Positions 20,548-30,816 of a stretch of DNA of 64,000 nt are shown here, piece by piece. The position numbers were made by a program, and so were the translations under genes. The stretch is taken from positions 20,634 to 84,633 of the IMG/VR virus record IMGVR_UViG_3300021387_001083, one strand, 5' to 3'. The stretch comes from a virus (Duplodnaviria > Caudoviricetes). Within the stretch, counting starts at the first letter, position 1; each line of letters starts with the position of its first letter. The notes below the pieces were generated by a model. That model saw only the letters and a program-made list of their open reading frames with translations. It did not search any database and was not told where the DNA came from.

Positions 20548-23500
20548 TTAATTCTTACATAAGTTTTTACTTTTTTCTATTTCTTTATCGATTGCTAGCA
20601 GTTGTATTTTAATAGCGTTACGACTTTCATCGTCTTCATTAGCTTCATAATCTGACAACAAAGCATTTCTTTCGTTGTAAAGTGCTTCTAAATCAGCATC
20701 ATTCTCTTCAACCTCAGTTGGAGTAGTCTTTATTTCAGGGGTATCTTCATGAGGATCGGAAATATTTTGCGGTGCTTGTGATGTTATTTGCTGTGTTGTA
20801 AATCTAGCTTTAAAAGCCTGTTCATCAGAAATGTCTCGACCGTTGATATCTCTAAATTTCCATCCTTTAGGAGCTAAAATACCACTTCTAATACCTAATT
20901 TCATTGCAGCTTTAATACCAGCCTCATCATAACCAGTTTGTCCACCACTTCTGATAGTCTCTATTTTAGTTTTTAGATTAGGATGATTTAACACTCTATT
21001 GAGTAAGTTATAGACATATTCATCAACTTGCTCTTGGGTGTATTTACCCTTTAAAGTATAGATACCATTACCTGCAATATTAAGAGATTTGGCATTTACC
21101 TCGTTTAATTGGTCAACTATAGAATTTACTAACTTATCAGTAATTTCTGGATTATTGGTATTAACAGGAATATATTTTTTACCATTCTCCAAAACAGCTT
21201 TTTTAGTAAGTCTTTCTCCAGCAGAGTTAAAATCAACAGCCAAAGCAATAGTAGCGTCAGCTTTGGCATTCTTAATGGTTCTTTCTCTATAACCATTAGA
21301 AGATTCTTCTTTAAATAAGGGCTCTGCAATAGTAGGTTCTTGAGAAGTAGGCTGACTGGTAAATTCTTCAAAATTCATAACTAACTGATTGGGGTCATGG
21401 TGATATTCCCTCATCAATCTGTTTCTAACTTCCATAAGAATTCTAGGAAACTCAGTACCCCATTTACCTTTATCTTGGGTATGAGTTAGAGTAGCATAGC
21501 CTGTTTCAAAAAGTTTTTGTCTAGCTTGAGGATTCTGTCTAAAAGACTGTTCAATTAAGACTTCCATAGTTTTAGAAGAGATTGCCTCCCAATCTTCTAA
21601 TATAGTCTTACTACTATAAGAGACCTTGCCCATAGGAATAGTCCTTCCAAGTTTTTTAATTTCTGAAGGATTTTTAGAAGCAAGTATTTTATCTATTATC
21701 TCATTACATTTTTCCTCATTTTTACGTCCTTCTTCACTTTCATCGTTTATATAGTATCCTCTAGCATAAGCAGCTTTAATAGCTTGAAATGCTTGCTCTA
21801 CAGAATCAAATGAAGTACTTGCTAAAAATTCTTCTACTCCATCAGAATCTAAAAATTCCCATTCAGATTTTAAATCAAAGAAATCATCATTAGTAAAACT
21901 TGAAAAGTCAAAAGGTCTTTCTGCAAAATTACTTAGTTCCACATTCTCTCCAGTACCTGCATAAATATTAATAACTTCTGTTTTACTAGGTTCTTTCATG
22001 TTATTTTTGTTATTATTTTTCTTTGCAACATATTTTGTATCAATGACATCAACAAGTTCACTAGGATTAGATTGAGCATCGTATACAAGAATATGTTTTG
22101 CTATACCAAGAGGATTGATTCTATCATATACAAGAGTTTCATCGTCAGATTCATCTTCATTCTTTTTATAATAAACATTTTCACCATTGGAAACGATTGT
22201 TATATAAGGATGATAAGTGTTTTCAGATCTATTGATACCCTTACGAAGTATCAATTGTTCAGCACCAGAGCCTCTGACATTTTTGACATCGACAAAAAGT
22301 TTGTCTTCAACATTGTATACAGTTTTGCCTTTATCGTTAACACTTGCTATATTTGAAAAGGTTTCTATAGGAACTTCAGGCGACAAAGATCTTTCATTCA
22401 AATTGTTTAGTATAAACATCTCCAAAAAGCCTGAAAGATTAAAATTGCCTTTTTCCATATTTCTGATACAGTCAATGTAATCACTGTTTACAGATTCTCT
22501 TGTAAACGTATTGGCAAGATGTATATATGTATCAGGACCGAAATCCCAAGCCGTCCTTAAACCTGCATAGAAAAACAGTTCGTCAGCAAGTTGTCTGATC
22601 TTAGGATCTTTCGACTCAAACAAAGAACCCCAATAATTACCTATAATCCATTTAGAACGATTGTTCAAATGTCCAACGTTCATAAAATTAATTGTCGGCG
22701 CATTACAGGATTTTGTTTCTGAAAAAGTTCTTAACCTGGAAGTAAACATGTTGTTTTTGAGTTCAGGCATTGTCATACTCATGGTTTTGAATTTAAATGG
22801 AAAATCATATACCCATTTTCTTAAAATGTCTGCTTTGGTCAATACTTTTCCTGTCACAGGGTCTTTTTTGCCTACTTCATAAACTTTACCGTCAATGTCT
22901 GTATAGCTAGAATAATAATTGTTTTCACCACCGAAAGCAGTAAATACATAAAGTCTTGAATCCCTATAAAATCTGTTTACTAACTTTGGACTTAATTTGC
23001 CGGTTTTAGTAATAGACCTTAACTGGTCAAGCAATTTCGGATACTGACTGTTAAATTCAGGAAAATAATCCTTGAACAATACATTGGCAGATTCAATACC
23101 AAACGTAAACGACGCTTGTATGGCAGGGAAAGGTGAGTCGGAAAACATACTTAAAACTTCATCAGGATTGCTGTCAATAAGCTGCATTATCCTGTCAAGC
23201 ATGTTTACACGGACAATTGACCTGACTCCTGTCAAAGGATACGATTTTGCTTCGGAATCTTGTAAAATTTGTCTTGCTACAGCAATCCTGTTCTCGGTAG
23301 TAGCTATATCAGGACCAGCAGCACCAGCAGAAGTATCTGCTTTACAGAACTTTACAATATCACCTAAGACTTTTGCTATCTTAAAGATATTATAATAAAG
23401 TTCTCCCATTGCAACTTGATCTTGAATATATTTATAATGTTCCTCATTATTAAGTTGATTGAGTTCCAATCTTCTTGCCTGAAGTTTATTATGAAACATA

Positions 23501-26500
23501 TTAGCTTTAGTCCAAGTATAACCACCAGCTTTAAGTTTGTCAAACGAGAAAGATTTTTGATCCTGTTCATTTAACATATTTTTCCATCTATAAAGAACTG
23601 TGGTTATTGCTGATTCTTTACTTTTATTGCCTAAGTTATCAAAATACTCTTTTGTCATTTCTCTTACAATAGGCTGTGTAAGTAACAGGTTTGTAGCATA
23701 CTTATCATGACCAATTCTAGAGTTTGTGATTGCAACGTCAGCAGTAAAAGTATTCTGGTTCGTATCAGACAGAGTAGGGTCTTTAACGTCATCTACAGAA
23801 CTGTCGACATGCTCAGATACATTTTTCGAAATGACCACATCGTGAGCACCAATCCTTTCATGTAATGAGTTATTTTCCCATTCGTCGATTTTGTATACAA
23901 ACTCAGGTTTTATTGCAACATTGGTATGCTGCAGCAAAGCGTGATTTACACTCTGGTCAGCATTAATGCCGATCATCATACCTGAAGATGAAATTCTGGA
24001 ATGGTTCTTAACCCAAACAACAGGTGACAATGGATTGTCAACTGTTTTGTACTTGTCAAGTATTTTATCCAACTCTTTGAGATCTAAAGTCTCAATTTTT
24101 TTGAAAAGATCTTCATCGGATGTTACATTAAATTGTTCTTTTAAGGCTTCAATTTGATCTAAAGGAACGTTTTCTGAAAGTCTTACAACACGAGCAGATT
24201 TCTTTTGTTCATTAAAACCACCTGGATTCAACAGTTTACCCATTGTTTCGGAGTTTGTAAGTATACCAAAGACAAAATCGAGTATAATGTTGTTTCTTGC
24301 TTTACGAGCTTTCTTAAAGTCTTCATTTTGATCCAAAGCAGATTTACTGAAATCGTATTGTATCTTTCTCACCTGACCGTCTTCGAGAGTCTCAAGACCA
24401 GGAAGCATAAGATACAAGTGGTCAATATCAAAGTCAGAACCTGAAATAGTAACCCAATCAGCAGGAAGGATTATCGATGAACCTAAAGATTGAGGTAGAA
24501 AACCCTTTATTTTTAAAGGTAGCATTGAAAATTTATCTTCAGTAGGAATTCTGAATCCTACAATGTTAAGCAATTCATCACGATACTCTTCAGGAATGTC
24601 TTCAATTTTTAAAATACCGTTTTCGTCAGTATGTAAATATTGCAATAAGTCTGAATTATATACAGGAAGATAGCATTCTGCATAGGCAATATGACTTTTT
24701 GGATTTCCTGTAACACTGCCTTCTTCAGATTTCTTATAGGCTTCAAAAGTCTTGTATTTGTCTTTCATTGATTGATTTTCATTGAATTCCTTTTCATTAA
24801 GAATAAGTTCACCTTTTGAATTGGTAAATCTTATTGCAAGTTCTTCATCATAACCGAAAGCTGAAATCTGTACAGCACTACCACCATCAATCTGTTGTTT
24901 TGTCACATTATTTTTGATGATGCTGTATAACAGACTTTGAACCTTCCTACTTTGAACAGGATCTCCCAAAGGTATGTTGAAATATTTTTCACCAGTTTCG
25001 GGGTCGGTGACAAGAGTACACGCCTCCAAAAGATCTGGAGAAAATGTAGCACTTGACATAACTTGGTCTTTAAGTAATCTCTCAAGACTTTCAATATCAG
25101 TAAATTCATCTTTTACCGCTTTAAAGTCCATCATTATGTTTGCTGTACGTACATAATGATAAAGTCTTTTTGCATCTTTGAATGGTAAGAGTTTTTTACC
25201 AGTTTCTTTGTCTATTGTAAAAGCTACAGGAACACCAAAGATATTTACTGAATCTCCAGCAAAATAAGACATACCAGGAATTTCAACCAAAGTGTCATCA
25301 CTTATATCAGCAGTGATTAACTTTGTTAACTGGGTACCAAGCAACTGTGTCTTATCAAACAAGTGTTCGGGATTTGGAGTCTGAATTACATAATCATGTA
25401 AATCAAGAGTATGTACAAATTTGGGATCTGCTTGTACTAAATTATTCAGTTGAGACACAATGGTCTTTTTTGTCTTGTTAAAATCACCGGTATCTTCAAC
25501 AGAACTTAAGTCTATGACATGGTTAGCACCATCTTTAATTGCTGAACTGAAAACATATACGTCAACATTGTCACCGCCAAATTCATTTAAAGCAGAAAGA
25601 ACAGGAGAAGTATTTGCCATAGAAGCAAGCTGGGCATACATTGTAAGCAATACTGTTTCAGAAGTTTTTATCTGTAACGGTGCTTTAAAATGATGTTCGT
25701 TTCCAGCAGCATCCGTCCAAGCTATATCTTGGTCTGTATATACATACGGTTTTATAGCATTATAGACAGTAAGAAAATCTTGCATATCAAACTCACCTTT
25801 CATAAATCTTTGATAGGATTCTTCTTTCTGTTCGTTCCAATCATTAGACATTATAGCAATCTTTCTATAAGAAGATAATTTTCTAAATGATTGTGCATCA
25901 GTAATATTGTTTCCTTTATAAAGACTTAATGCAAGTTTTCTTTCAGCAGGATTCTTCAAATAAATGTTAAGTGTTCTTTCAATATCTTCATAAGAAGGAG
26001 AAGGTTTTTCTGAATCTTTTAAAAATACTGCTTTTTGATAACCGTCAGAAACTTTTTTACCGTTCCATGTGGCATTTACATTCAAACGCATACCAGGAGC
26101 ATGAAATTGTTTTGCTCTTTTTATCCATTCTTCAAGATTTTTATAGAAAGCAAGATCTCCTGTAATCAATTCGATCATTTCAGCTTGTGCATACATGGAA
26201 TTGTAAAAGAATTCTCTAAAAGCTTCTGTAGTAGGATCTGTTTTGTTTATATTATCTTTAGCATTATTTATCATATTGCTTATTGATTCACTTTCCTGAT
26301 AAAGATCACCAAGATAATCCAAAGCTGGTCTGACAACACTGATTATTTTTGTGATTTTGTCCATATTTACATTGGAATAATCTATGTTGTTTCTCAAAAC
26401 ATAAGCAGTCTTGTCCTTATTTAGCACTATATAGGGTTCTAGAAAGTTATAGAGAATGTTTTCGATATTTGAAAACAACAAATTGTTACGAATGGTTCCT

Positions 26501-29391
26501 CCATTGTGTAAAGTTACAAGTGTTTCCCAAGAATCTCTACTTAATAATCCACTGTTTATTAATCTATTATATAAATCCTCATTAAACGGAAACTCAGCAA
26601 TGGCGTTGATATCAATCAATTTATTCTCATCTTGTTTGACAATATTAAGTGCTGTTAACAAAGGATTCATAAAATGCCTTTCTCTACTTATAGTACCAAG
26701 AGTTTTGTTTACACCTGTCGAACTATTGTCAAGAAGTCCCCAATTTCTCCAATCGTCCATTGCTTTTCTAAAGTCACTTTCAACATATTTCAAGACTTCT
26801 TGTTTTATGATGTTTTTCAAATCGGTATTCGAAAAGTCTTCTTTAGCGTCCTTTATAAGATTTATGATATGATATTCTCCATTATCGTCTTTTACATTCA
26901 AACCAGGGAAAAACCTGAAAGAATCTCCAGTCTTATCATAACTTGCTATAAGATCTTTGTCTTGCAACACGCCTTCTTTGACAAGTCTGGCTCTTTCTCT
27001 GACTTCCATTATACGATTATATTCCTGCTTGATGATATTTACGAATTTATCAAGAATCTTATCTTGCGCAGTACCGTTTTCATCAGATAAATATTTCGGC
27101 AAAGTCATAACATAACCAAATCCTGCTTCAGCTGGTAAAGGTAAATAATATCTTGCCCAGTTTGATTCAGTTTCACCGTCAAAAGTCCTATATTGTGCTA
27201 TCTGTGATATAGCAGCTTCCCTATCTCCGTAAGTTTCAAAATCTTTTGTTACACCACTGTTTTTTTGCTGCAATACAACGCCGATATCAAACATTTCCTT
27301 GAAGTCAGTGAGACAACGCCTCAAATCAGAATCATCGCCAACATTACCTTCCAGGAGTTTAAAAATATCAATGTTCCATTCATTTGAATTCTTGTCATAA
27401 AACCAATCATATTTTTTATATTTTTCATTAATATAATAATCAAAGTAATTGGAATATCTGTCTTGAAACCCTTCGGGAGCATTTTTATTTTTCATTTCCT
27501 GTCTTAATATACGCATAAGTCTAAAGATAAAGTTATCTTTTGCGTGTGCATATCTTGTTGTGTCTCCTTCTCTGATATTGGCTTCTATAGCGTTTTTCAC
27601 AGAACTCTGTAAATATCTAGCTAACGTTCTATAACGTTTACCGAATTCATTTATAAGATCGAATCCTTCTTTATAAGCATTGATTTTATTTTCACCTATT
27701 GTATTTGCTATCGTAAAAATACTAGAACAAATGGCTTCGTAAGGATCGTATGTCTTGTAGTGAACTCTTTCTCCTTCTGCTATTTCTACAGGATTACCTT
27801 TTTTATCTATCGCATATATGTTTGTAAGTATGTTTTCAAGATCATCAGAATCAACATCGATACCTAGTGAATTTAACATGATAGTCATGTTCTTGAATAA
27901 AGGTTGCCCTTTCATTACAGAGTTACGTCTTGCTTCCAGCAATTCACGAGTTATGCCTTCTTTTTGTGCATTTTTATCGGAATATGTATTTAACGATGCC
28001 TGTAAAAGTTTTACGATTTTCTTTGCATTTTCAGGTATAATGCTACGGTCTTTGCCATATACAGACATGTTTTCATCACCAATGACATCACCATTTTGAT
28101 AATTGTTACGCCAAGTATCATATAAAGTTTTTATTGGCTCAGAATCATTAAGATTTTTTATACCAATTTTAATAATTCCATTAGCATCAACATTTATAAG
28201 TTCTTTATGATATTTTATGAAAGCGCAACACATGTCGTTAAATAAAGCAGTGAATTTTTTACCGGCATCTTGTTGGTCTTTGACATTAGGACTTTTAGTT
28301 TCTATTTCAGAAATCAATTGTTGAACCCAAGGGTAATATTTTTTCATTTCCTTTAATAATGGAAGCATATCTGTGTCATCAACCATTGATGTCAACCAAT
28401 TTATCAATGCTGTATGAGCTTCATTAAAATCAACAAAACGCGGGTTTCCAAGGTCGTCATATTTAACATTTCCGTTCTTGTCAACTTGATATATATTATC
28501 AAGCATAAGTCTTGTGATTTTCGATAAAGAAGCTTCGTTAGACACCTCAGAATAATGGTTCATCCAATGGTCTTTCTGATGCATTCTTTCACTGTCATCT
28601 TTATTTGCGTAAGTATCTTCAATAGTATCGTCAGAATTGGAATCTGCTTGAACATCTTCCACATTATCATTATTGATATCTATAGAGATATTCATACTCC
28701 AACGAATCATATTACATGCTTGTTCAGCAAGAGTCGTGAAGTTGTTTACTATTTTTACCTCTGCATCTTTTGCATAAAGAATTTTATTTCTGATTGCAGT
28801 TATTTCTTTCTCCGAAGGTTCTGTGATTTTAGAAGTTTCGGCTTCAACAAGTTTGTCAGTCTTTGTAACGATATGACGTATCATTTTGGCTTTTATATCG
28901 TTGAAAATCGCACTTGGTCCACCTAACGATCTTATAGCCTCAGATACAGACATTCCTGGATTTTTTGCTTGTTCGTTGATAACTATTTTTTGAAATAATT
29001 TATATAAAGATGTAACTCGGTCCTGTCTTATGACAAACGGTATTTCTCTTCGTAAAGCTCTAAGGCGTTCTATTGCATCAGTAGATTCAGCTCTTAAACC
29101 AAACTTTGAAAAATCCACTTTCAGATAAGGTTCTGCAATCGTAAATTTCGGAAGTTTTGTGTCTTTCTTTAACAAATCTACAAGATAAGCCGTATTTGTG
29201 CGCTGTGCTTCAGTTGTGTTATGTGACTTTATAAAGTCTATTAATTCATCTTCTTTAGGAAAATCATCCATTGTTTTCTTATTGTCTCTTTGCCATTGTA
29301 CAATATATGCAGCAATGGCTCTATTAGGCAATTTTTTTGAAATTTTTGGATAATCTTTCAAATTGTTTATTCTTATACAATATGGTAACAT
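20548..29391 (-). CDS. Virion-packaged single-chain DNA-dependent RNA polymerase with C-terminal NADAR and SLOG-like domains
   Basis: 2947 aa. Catalytic GSDFDIDHLY (DFDID at 24421-24435) preceded by GFRIPTEDKFSM. C-terminal SVEQAFQAIK..EIKKLGR..KWG (NADAR-like) and RTIKN.ADATIA..LNIAGN..SGGQTG (SLOG-like). Confidence 0.85.
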   Translation of the reverse strand: MLPYCIRINNLKDYPKISKKLPNRAIAAYIVQWQRDNKKTMDDFPKEDELIDFIKSHNTTEAQRTNTAYLVDLLKKDTKLPKFTIAEPYLKVDFSKFGLRAESTDAIERLRALRREIPFVIRQDRVTSLYKLFQKIVINEQAKNPGMSVSEAIRSLGGPSAIFNDIKAKMIRHIVTKTDKLVEAETSKITEPSEKEITAIRNKILYAKDAEVKIVNNFTTLAEQACNMIRWSMNISIDINNDNVEDVQADSNSDDTIEDTYANKDDSERMHQKDHWMNHYSEVSNEASLSKITRLMLDNIYQVDKNGNVKYDDLGNPRFVDFNEAHTALINWLTSMVDDTDMLPLLKEMKKYYPWVQQLISEIETKSPNVKDQQDAGKKFTALFNDMCCAFIKYHKELINVDANGIIKIGIKNLNDSEPIKTLYDTWRNNYQNGDVIGDENMSVYGKDRSIIPENAKKIVKLLQASLNTYSDKNAQKEGITRELLEARRNSVMKGQPLFKNMTIMLNSLGIDVDSDDLENILTNIYAIDKKGNPVEIAEGERVHYKTYDPYEAICSSIFTIANTIGENKINAYKEGFDLINEFGKRYRTLARYLQSSVKNAIEANIREGDTTRYAHAKDNFIFRLMRILRQEMKNKNAPEGFQDRYSNYFDYYINEKYKKYDWFYDKNSNEWNIDIFKLLEGNVGDDSDLRRCLTDFKEMFDIGVVLQQKNSGVTKDFETYGDREAAISQIAQYRTFDGETESNWARYYLPLPAEAGFGYVMTLPKYLSDENGTAQDKILDKFVNIIKQEYNRIMEVRERARLVKEGVLQDKDLIASYDKTGDSFRFFPGLNVKDDNGEYHIINLIKDAKEDFSNTDLKNIIKQEVLKYVESDFRKAMDDWRNWGLLDNSSTGVNKTLGTISRERHFMNPLLTALNIVKQDENKLIDINAIAEFPFNEDLYNRLINSGLLSRDSWETLVTLHNGGTIRNNLLFSNIENILYNFLEPYIVLNKDKTAYVLRNNIDYSNVNMDKITKIISVVRPALDYLGDLYQESESISNMINNAKDNINKTDPTTEAFREFFYNSMYAQAEMIELITGDLAFYKNLEEWIKRAKQFHAPGMRLNVNATWNGKKVSDGYQKAVFLKDSEKPSPSYEDIERTLNIYLKNPAERKLALSLYKGNNITDAQSFRKLSSYRKIAIMSNDWNEQKEESYQRFMKGEFDMQDFLTVYNAIKPYVYTDQDIAWTDAAGNEHHFKAPLQIKTSETVLLTMYAQLASMANTSPVLSALNEFGGDNVDVYVFSSAIKDGANHVIDLSSVEDTGDFNKTKKTIVSQLNNLVQADPKFVHTLDLHDYVIQTPNPEHLFDKTQLLGTQLTKLITADISDDTLVEIPGMSYFAGDSVNIFGVPVAFTIDKETGKKLLPFKDAKRLYHYVRTANIMMDFKAVKDEFTDIESLERLLKDQVMSSATFSPDLLEACTLVTDPETGEKYFNIPLGDPVQSRKVQSLLYSIIKNNVTKQQIDGGSAVQISAFGYDEELAIRFTNSKGELILNEKEFNENQSMKDKYKTFEAYKKSEEGSVTGNPKSHIAYAECYLPVYNSDLLQYLHTDENGILKIEDIPEEYRDELLNIVGFRIPTEDKFSMLPLKIKGFLPQSLGSSIILPADWVTISGSDFDIDHLYLMLPGLETLEDGQVRKIQYDFSKSALDQNEDFKKARKARNNIILDFVFGILTNSETMGKLLNPGGFNEQKKSARVVRLSENVPLDQIEALKEQFNVTSDEDLFKKIETLDLKELDKILDKYKTVDNPLSPVVWVKNHSRISSSGMMIGINADQSVNHALLQHTNVAIKPEFVYKIDEWENNSLHERIGAHDVVISKNVSEHVDSSVDDVKDPTLSDTNQNTFTADVAITNSRIGHDKYATNLLLTQPIVREMTKEYFDNLGNKSKESAITTVLYRWKNMLNEQDQKSFSFDKLKAGGYTWTKANMFHNKLQARRLELNQLNNEEHYKYIQDQVAMGELYYNIFKIAKVLGDIVKFCKADTSAGAAGPDIATTENRIAVARQILQDSEAKSYPLTGVRSIVRVNMLDRIMQLIDSNPDEVLSMFSDSPFPAIQASFTFGIESANVLFKDYFPEFNSQYPKLLDQLRSITKTGKLSPKLVNRFYRDSRLYVFTAFGGENNYYSSYTDIDGKVYEVGKKDPVTGKVLTKADILRKWVYDFPFKFKTMSMTMPELKNNMFTSRLRTFSETKSCNAPTINFMNVGHLNNRSKWIIGNYWGSLFESKDPKIRQLADELFFYAGLRTAWDFGPDTYIHLANTFTRESVNSDYIDCIRNMEKGNFNLSGFLEMFILNNLNERSLSPEVPIETFSNIASVNDKGKTVYNVEDKLFVDVKNVRGSGAEQLILRKGINRSENTYHPYITIVSNGENVYYKKNEDESDDETLVYDRINPLGIAKHILVYDAQSNPSELVDVIDTKYVAKKNNNKNNMKEPSKTEVINIYAGTGENVELSNFAERPFDFSSFTNDDFFDLKSEWEFLDSDGVEEFLASTSFDSVEQAFQAIKAAYARGYYINDESEEGRKNEEKCNEIIDKILASKNPSEIKKLGRTIPMGKVSYSSKTILEDWEAISSKTMEVLIEQSFRQNPQARQKLFETGYATLTHTQDKGKWGTEFPRILMEVRNRLMREYHHDPNQLVMNFEEFTSQPTSQEPTIAEPLFKEESSNGYRERTIKNAKADATIALAVDFNSAGERLTKKAVLENGKKYIPVNTNNPEITDKLVNSIVDQLNEVNAKSLNIAGNGIYTLKGKYTQEQVDEYVYNLLNRVLNHPNLKTKIETIRSGGQTGYDEAGIKAAMKLGIRSGILAPKGWKFRDINGRDISDEQAFKARFTTQQITSQAPQNISDPHEDTPEIKTTPTEVEENDADLEALYNERNALLSDYEANEDDESRNAIKIQLLAIDKEIEKSKNLCKN

Positions 29392-29410
29392 ATGCTTAAA
29401 TTTTAAAGAT

Positions 29411-29443
29411 GCAAAGATACGAAGAATTTTTGAAATAAAAAAG
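29411..29443 (-). promoter_or_regulatory. Bacteroidota-type -7 promoter element upstream of the RNAP gene
   Basis: TATCTTTGC on the - strand (plus 29411-29419), 19 nt before the ATG. The -33 match is imperfect. Confidence 0.6.
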
Positions 29444-29481
29444 TTAAAAAATGTAAAAATTTATACACAACTGGAAAAAAA

Positions 29482-29523
29482 TAGGAAAGTATATAGTAAA
29501 TTGCTTTATTGTATACTTTCCTA
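29482..29523 (-). terminator. Hairpin terminating the replication-side transcript
   Basis: TAGGAAAGTATA (29482-29493) / TATACTTTCCTA (29512-29523) perfect 12-bp inverted repeat just past the HicA-like stop, followed by a T-run on the - strand. Confidence 0.65.
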
Positions 29524-29528
29524 ATTCT

Positions 29529-29711
29529 TTAAATGGATAGTCCGTGTTCTTTTATCAGTCTACGGGCTATCACGCTTCTAATATGTAAAGGCACACTTAT
29601 ATGATTACCATTATTACTGGTATATATTACATGACTACCTTTTTGTCTTGATTCTATGTAACCATTGTTTTTTAATAATTTAGAAAATTCTCTATATGTA
29701 AATTGTTGCAT
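29529..29711 (-). CDS. HicA-like (dsRBD-fold) RNase/toxin-family protein
   Basis: 60 aa. REFSKLLKNNGY..RQKGSH.IY....ISVP.H pattern of the HicA family. Confidence 0.75.
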   Translation of the reverse strand: MQQFTYREFSKLLKNNGYIESRQKGSHVIYTSNNGNHISVPLHIRSVIARRLIKEHGLSI

Positions 29712-29712
29712 G

Positions 29713-30816
29713 TTACTCGTTATTCGCAGCGAGGAACATGGGGCTTACAGCTTTAAAACTCAACTTACCGTCCTGTGATCTGAATACCAAACCTTCTCTA
29801 TTGCATTTATAGAGTTTTGATCTGCCGTTACTTAAACCGAGAATATCTTTTACGGTAAGATTTTTAATTTCAATTCTTGGATAAATGACTGGTACAAATT
29901 CAATCTTGTCATTAAAACCAAAAAGTTTTGCAAAATCCATAGCTTCAAGGGTGCCAAGACGTTTGCCTGGGATCCTGATATTAAAAAGTTTTAATTCATA
30001 ATCCTTCTTTGCATACTTGTTGCCTTGTATATTAGGACCTATACATTCGCCCTGAAAAGCAACGAATTCCAAATCTTTACGTTTTTCAAGAATTGATTTC
30101 AGAATATTTTCTATGTCGTATTTTTCAGTGCATTTCCAGTAAGAAGAAGAATCTTTTATAGGTTTTCTGAAATTCCTGCTACATACATAAAATTCATAAT
30201 GATCTTTGAACTGCCACCATCTCCTGGGTTTTCTTTCCAATGCGAATGTTCCTGACTGTCCATCCACTTTTTCCGTAGCAGTCCATACTACATCTTCAGT
30301 TATGATATTAGGTATGTTTTGAATTCTTTCTTCATCAGTCTTGCTAATGAATTCAGGAAATTTGTTGCTGAATTTCTTCTTTATGATTTTTCTATACCAC
30401 TTAAAGCGGTTAAGAAAATTACTTTTTGACACTGTTTGTTCAGTATCCTTATCCATTGGCGGTTCATACTGTGTTATATTGAGTAACGATGTCACATCAT
30501 TGCCAATAGAAGCGTTATAATTCGTCGGCAATATTTCAATTGGCAACACCAAACCTTGAGAGAATATTGTAGTACCATCTCCATCCTTGAACCGTTGTGT
30601 TTTAATTCTGTAATTGTACTTCTTAAGGAAGTCCCATTGTTCCGTTTGTGGAAAAACACTGTCTGGTTCACAAAAAATACACAAGTCTCCTTTTTTGAAG
30701 TTGTCTTTCTTGCTTACCATACAGGTCCATCCATCTACAGTGGCCATTTCAACTCTGTCTTTCCCCTTTATGGGATTTATTTCTGAAATGACTCTGATTG
30801 TCGCTAGTTTTCTCAT
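29713..30816 (-). CDS. ATP-dependent RNA ligase (DRB0094-like: N-terminal OB-type domain plus nucleotidyltransferase)
   Basis: MRKLATIR.I..I.PI..D..E.A.V.GW start, motif I TEKVDGQS, FQGE.IG, EGLVF, SFKAVS. Confidence 0.85.
   Translation of the reverse strand: MRKLATIRVISEINPIKGKDRVEMATVDGWTCMVSKKDNFKKGDLCIFCEPDSVFPQTEQWDFLKKYNYRIKTQRFKDGDGTTIFSQGLVLPIEILPTNYNASIGNDVTSLLNITQYEPPMDKDTEQTVSKSNFLNRFKWYRKIIKKKFSNKFPEFISKTDEERIQNIPNIITEDVVWTATEKVDGQSGTFALERKPRRWWQFKDHYEFYVCSRNFRKPIKDSSSYWKCTEKYDIENILKSILEKRKDLEFVAFQGECIGPNIQGNKYAKKDYELKLFNIRIPGKRLGTLEAMDFAKLFGFNDKIEFVPVIYPRIEIKNLTVKDILGLSNGRSKLYKCNREGLVFRSQDGKLSFKAVSPMFLAANNE

Noticed and set aside
20805-21305. Literal molybdenum-cofactor carrier function for the SGGQTG domain
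   Set aside because: This is a historical name for a SLOG family. There are no Moco genes here, so nucleotide binding is the safer reading.
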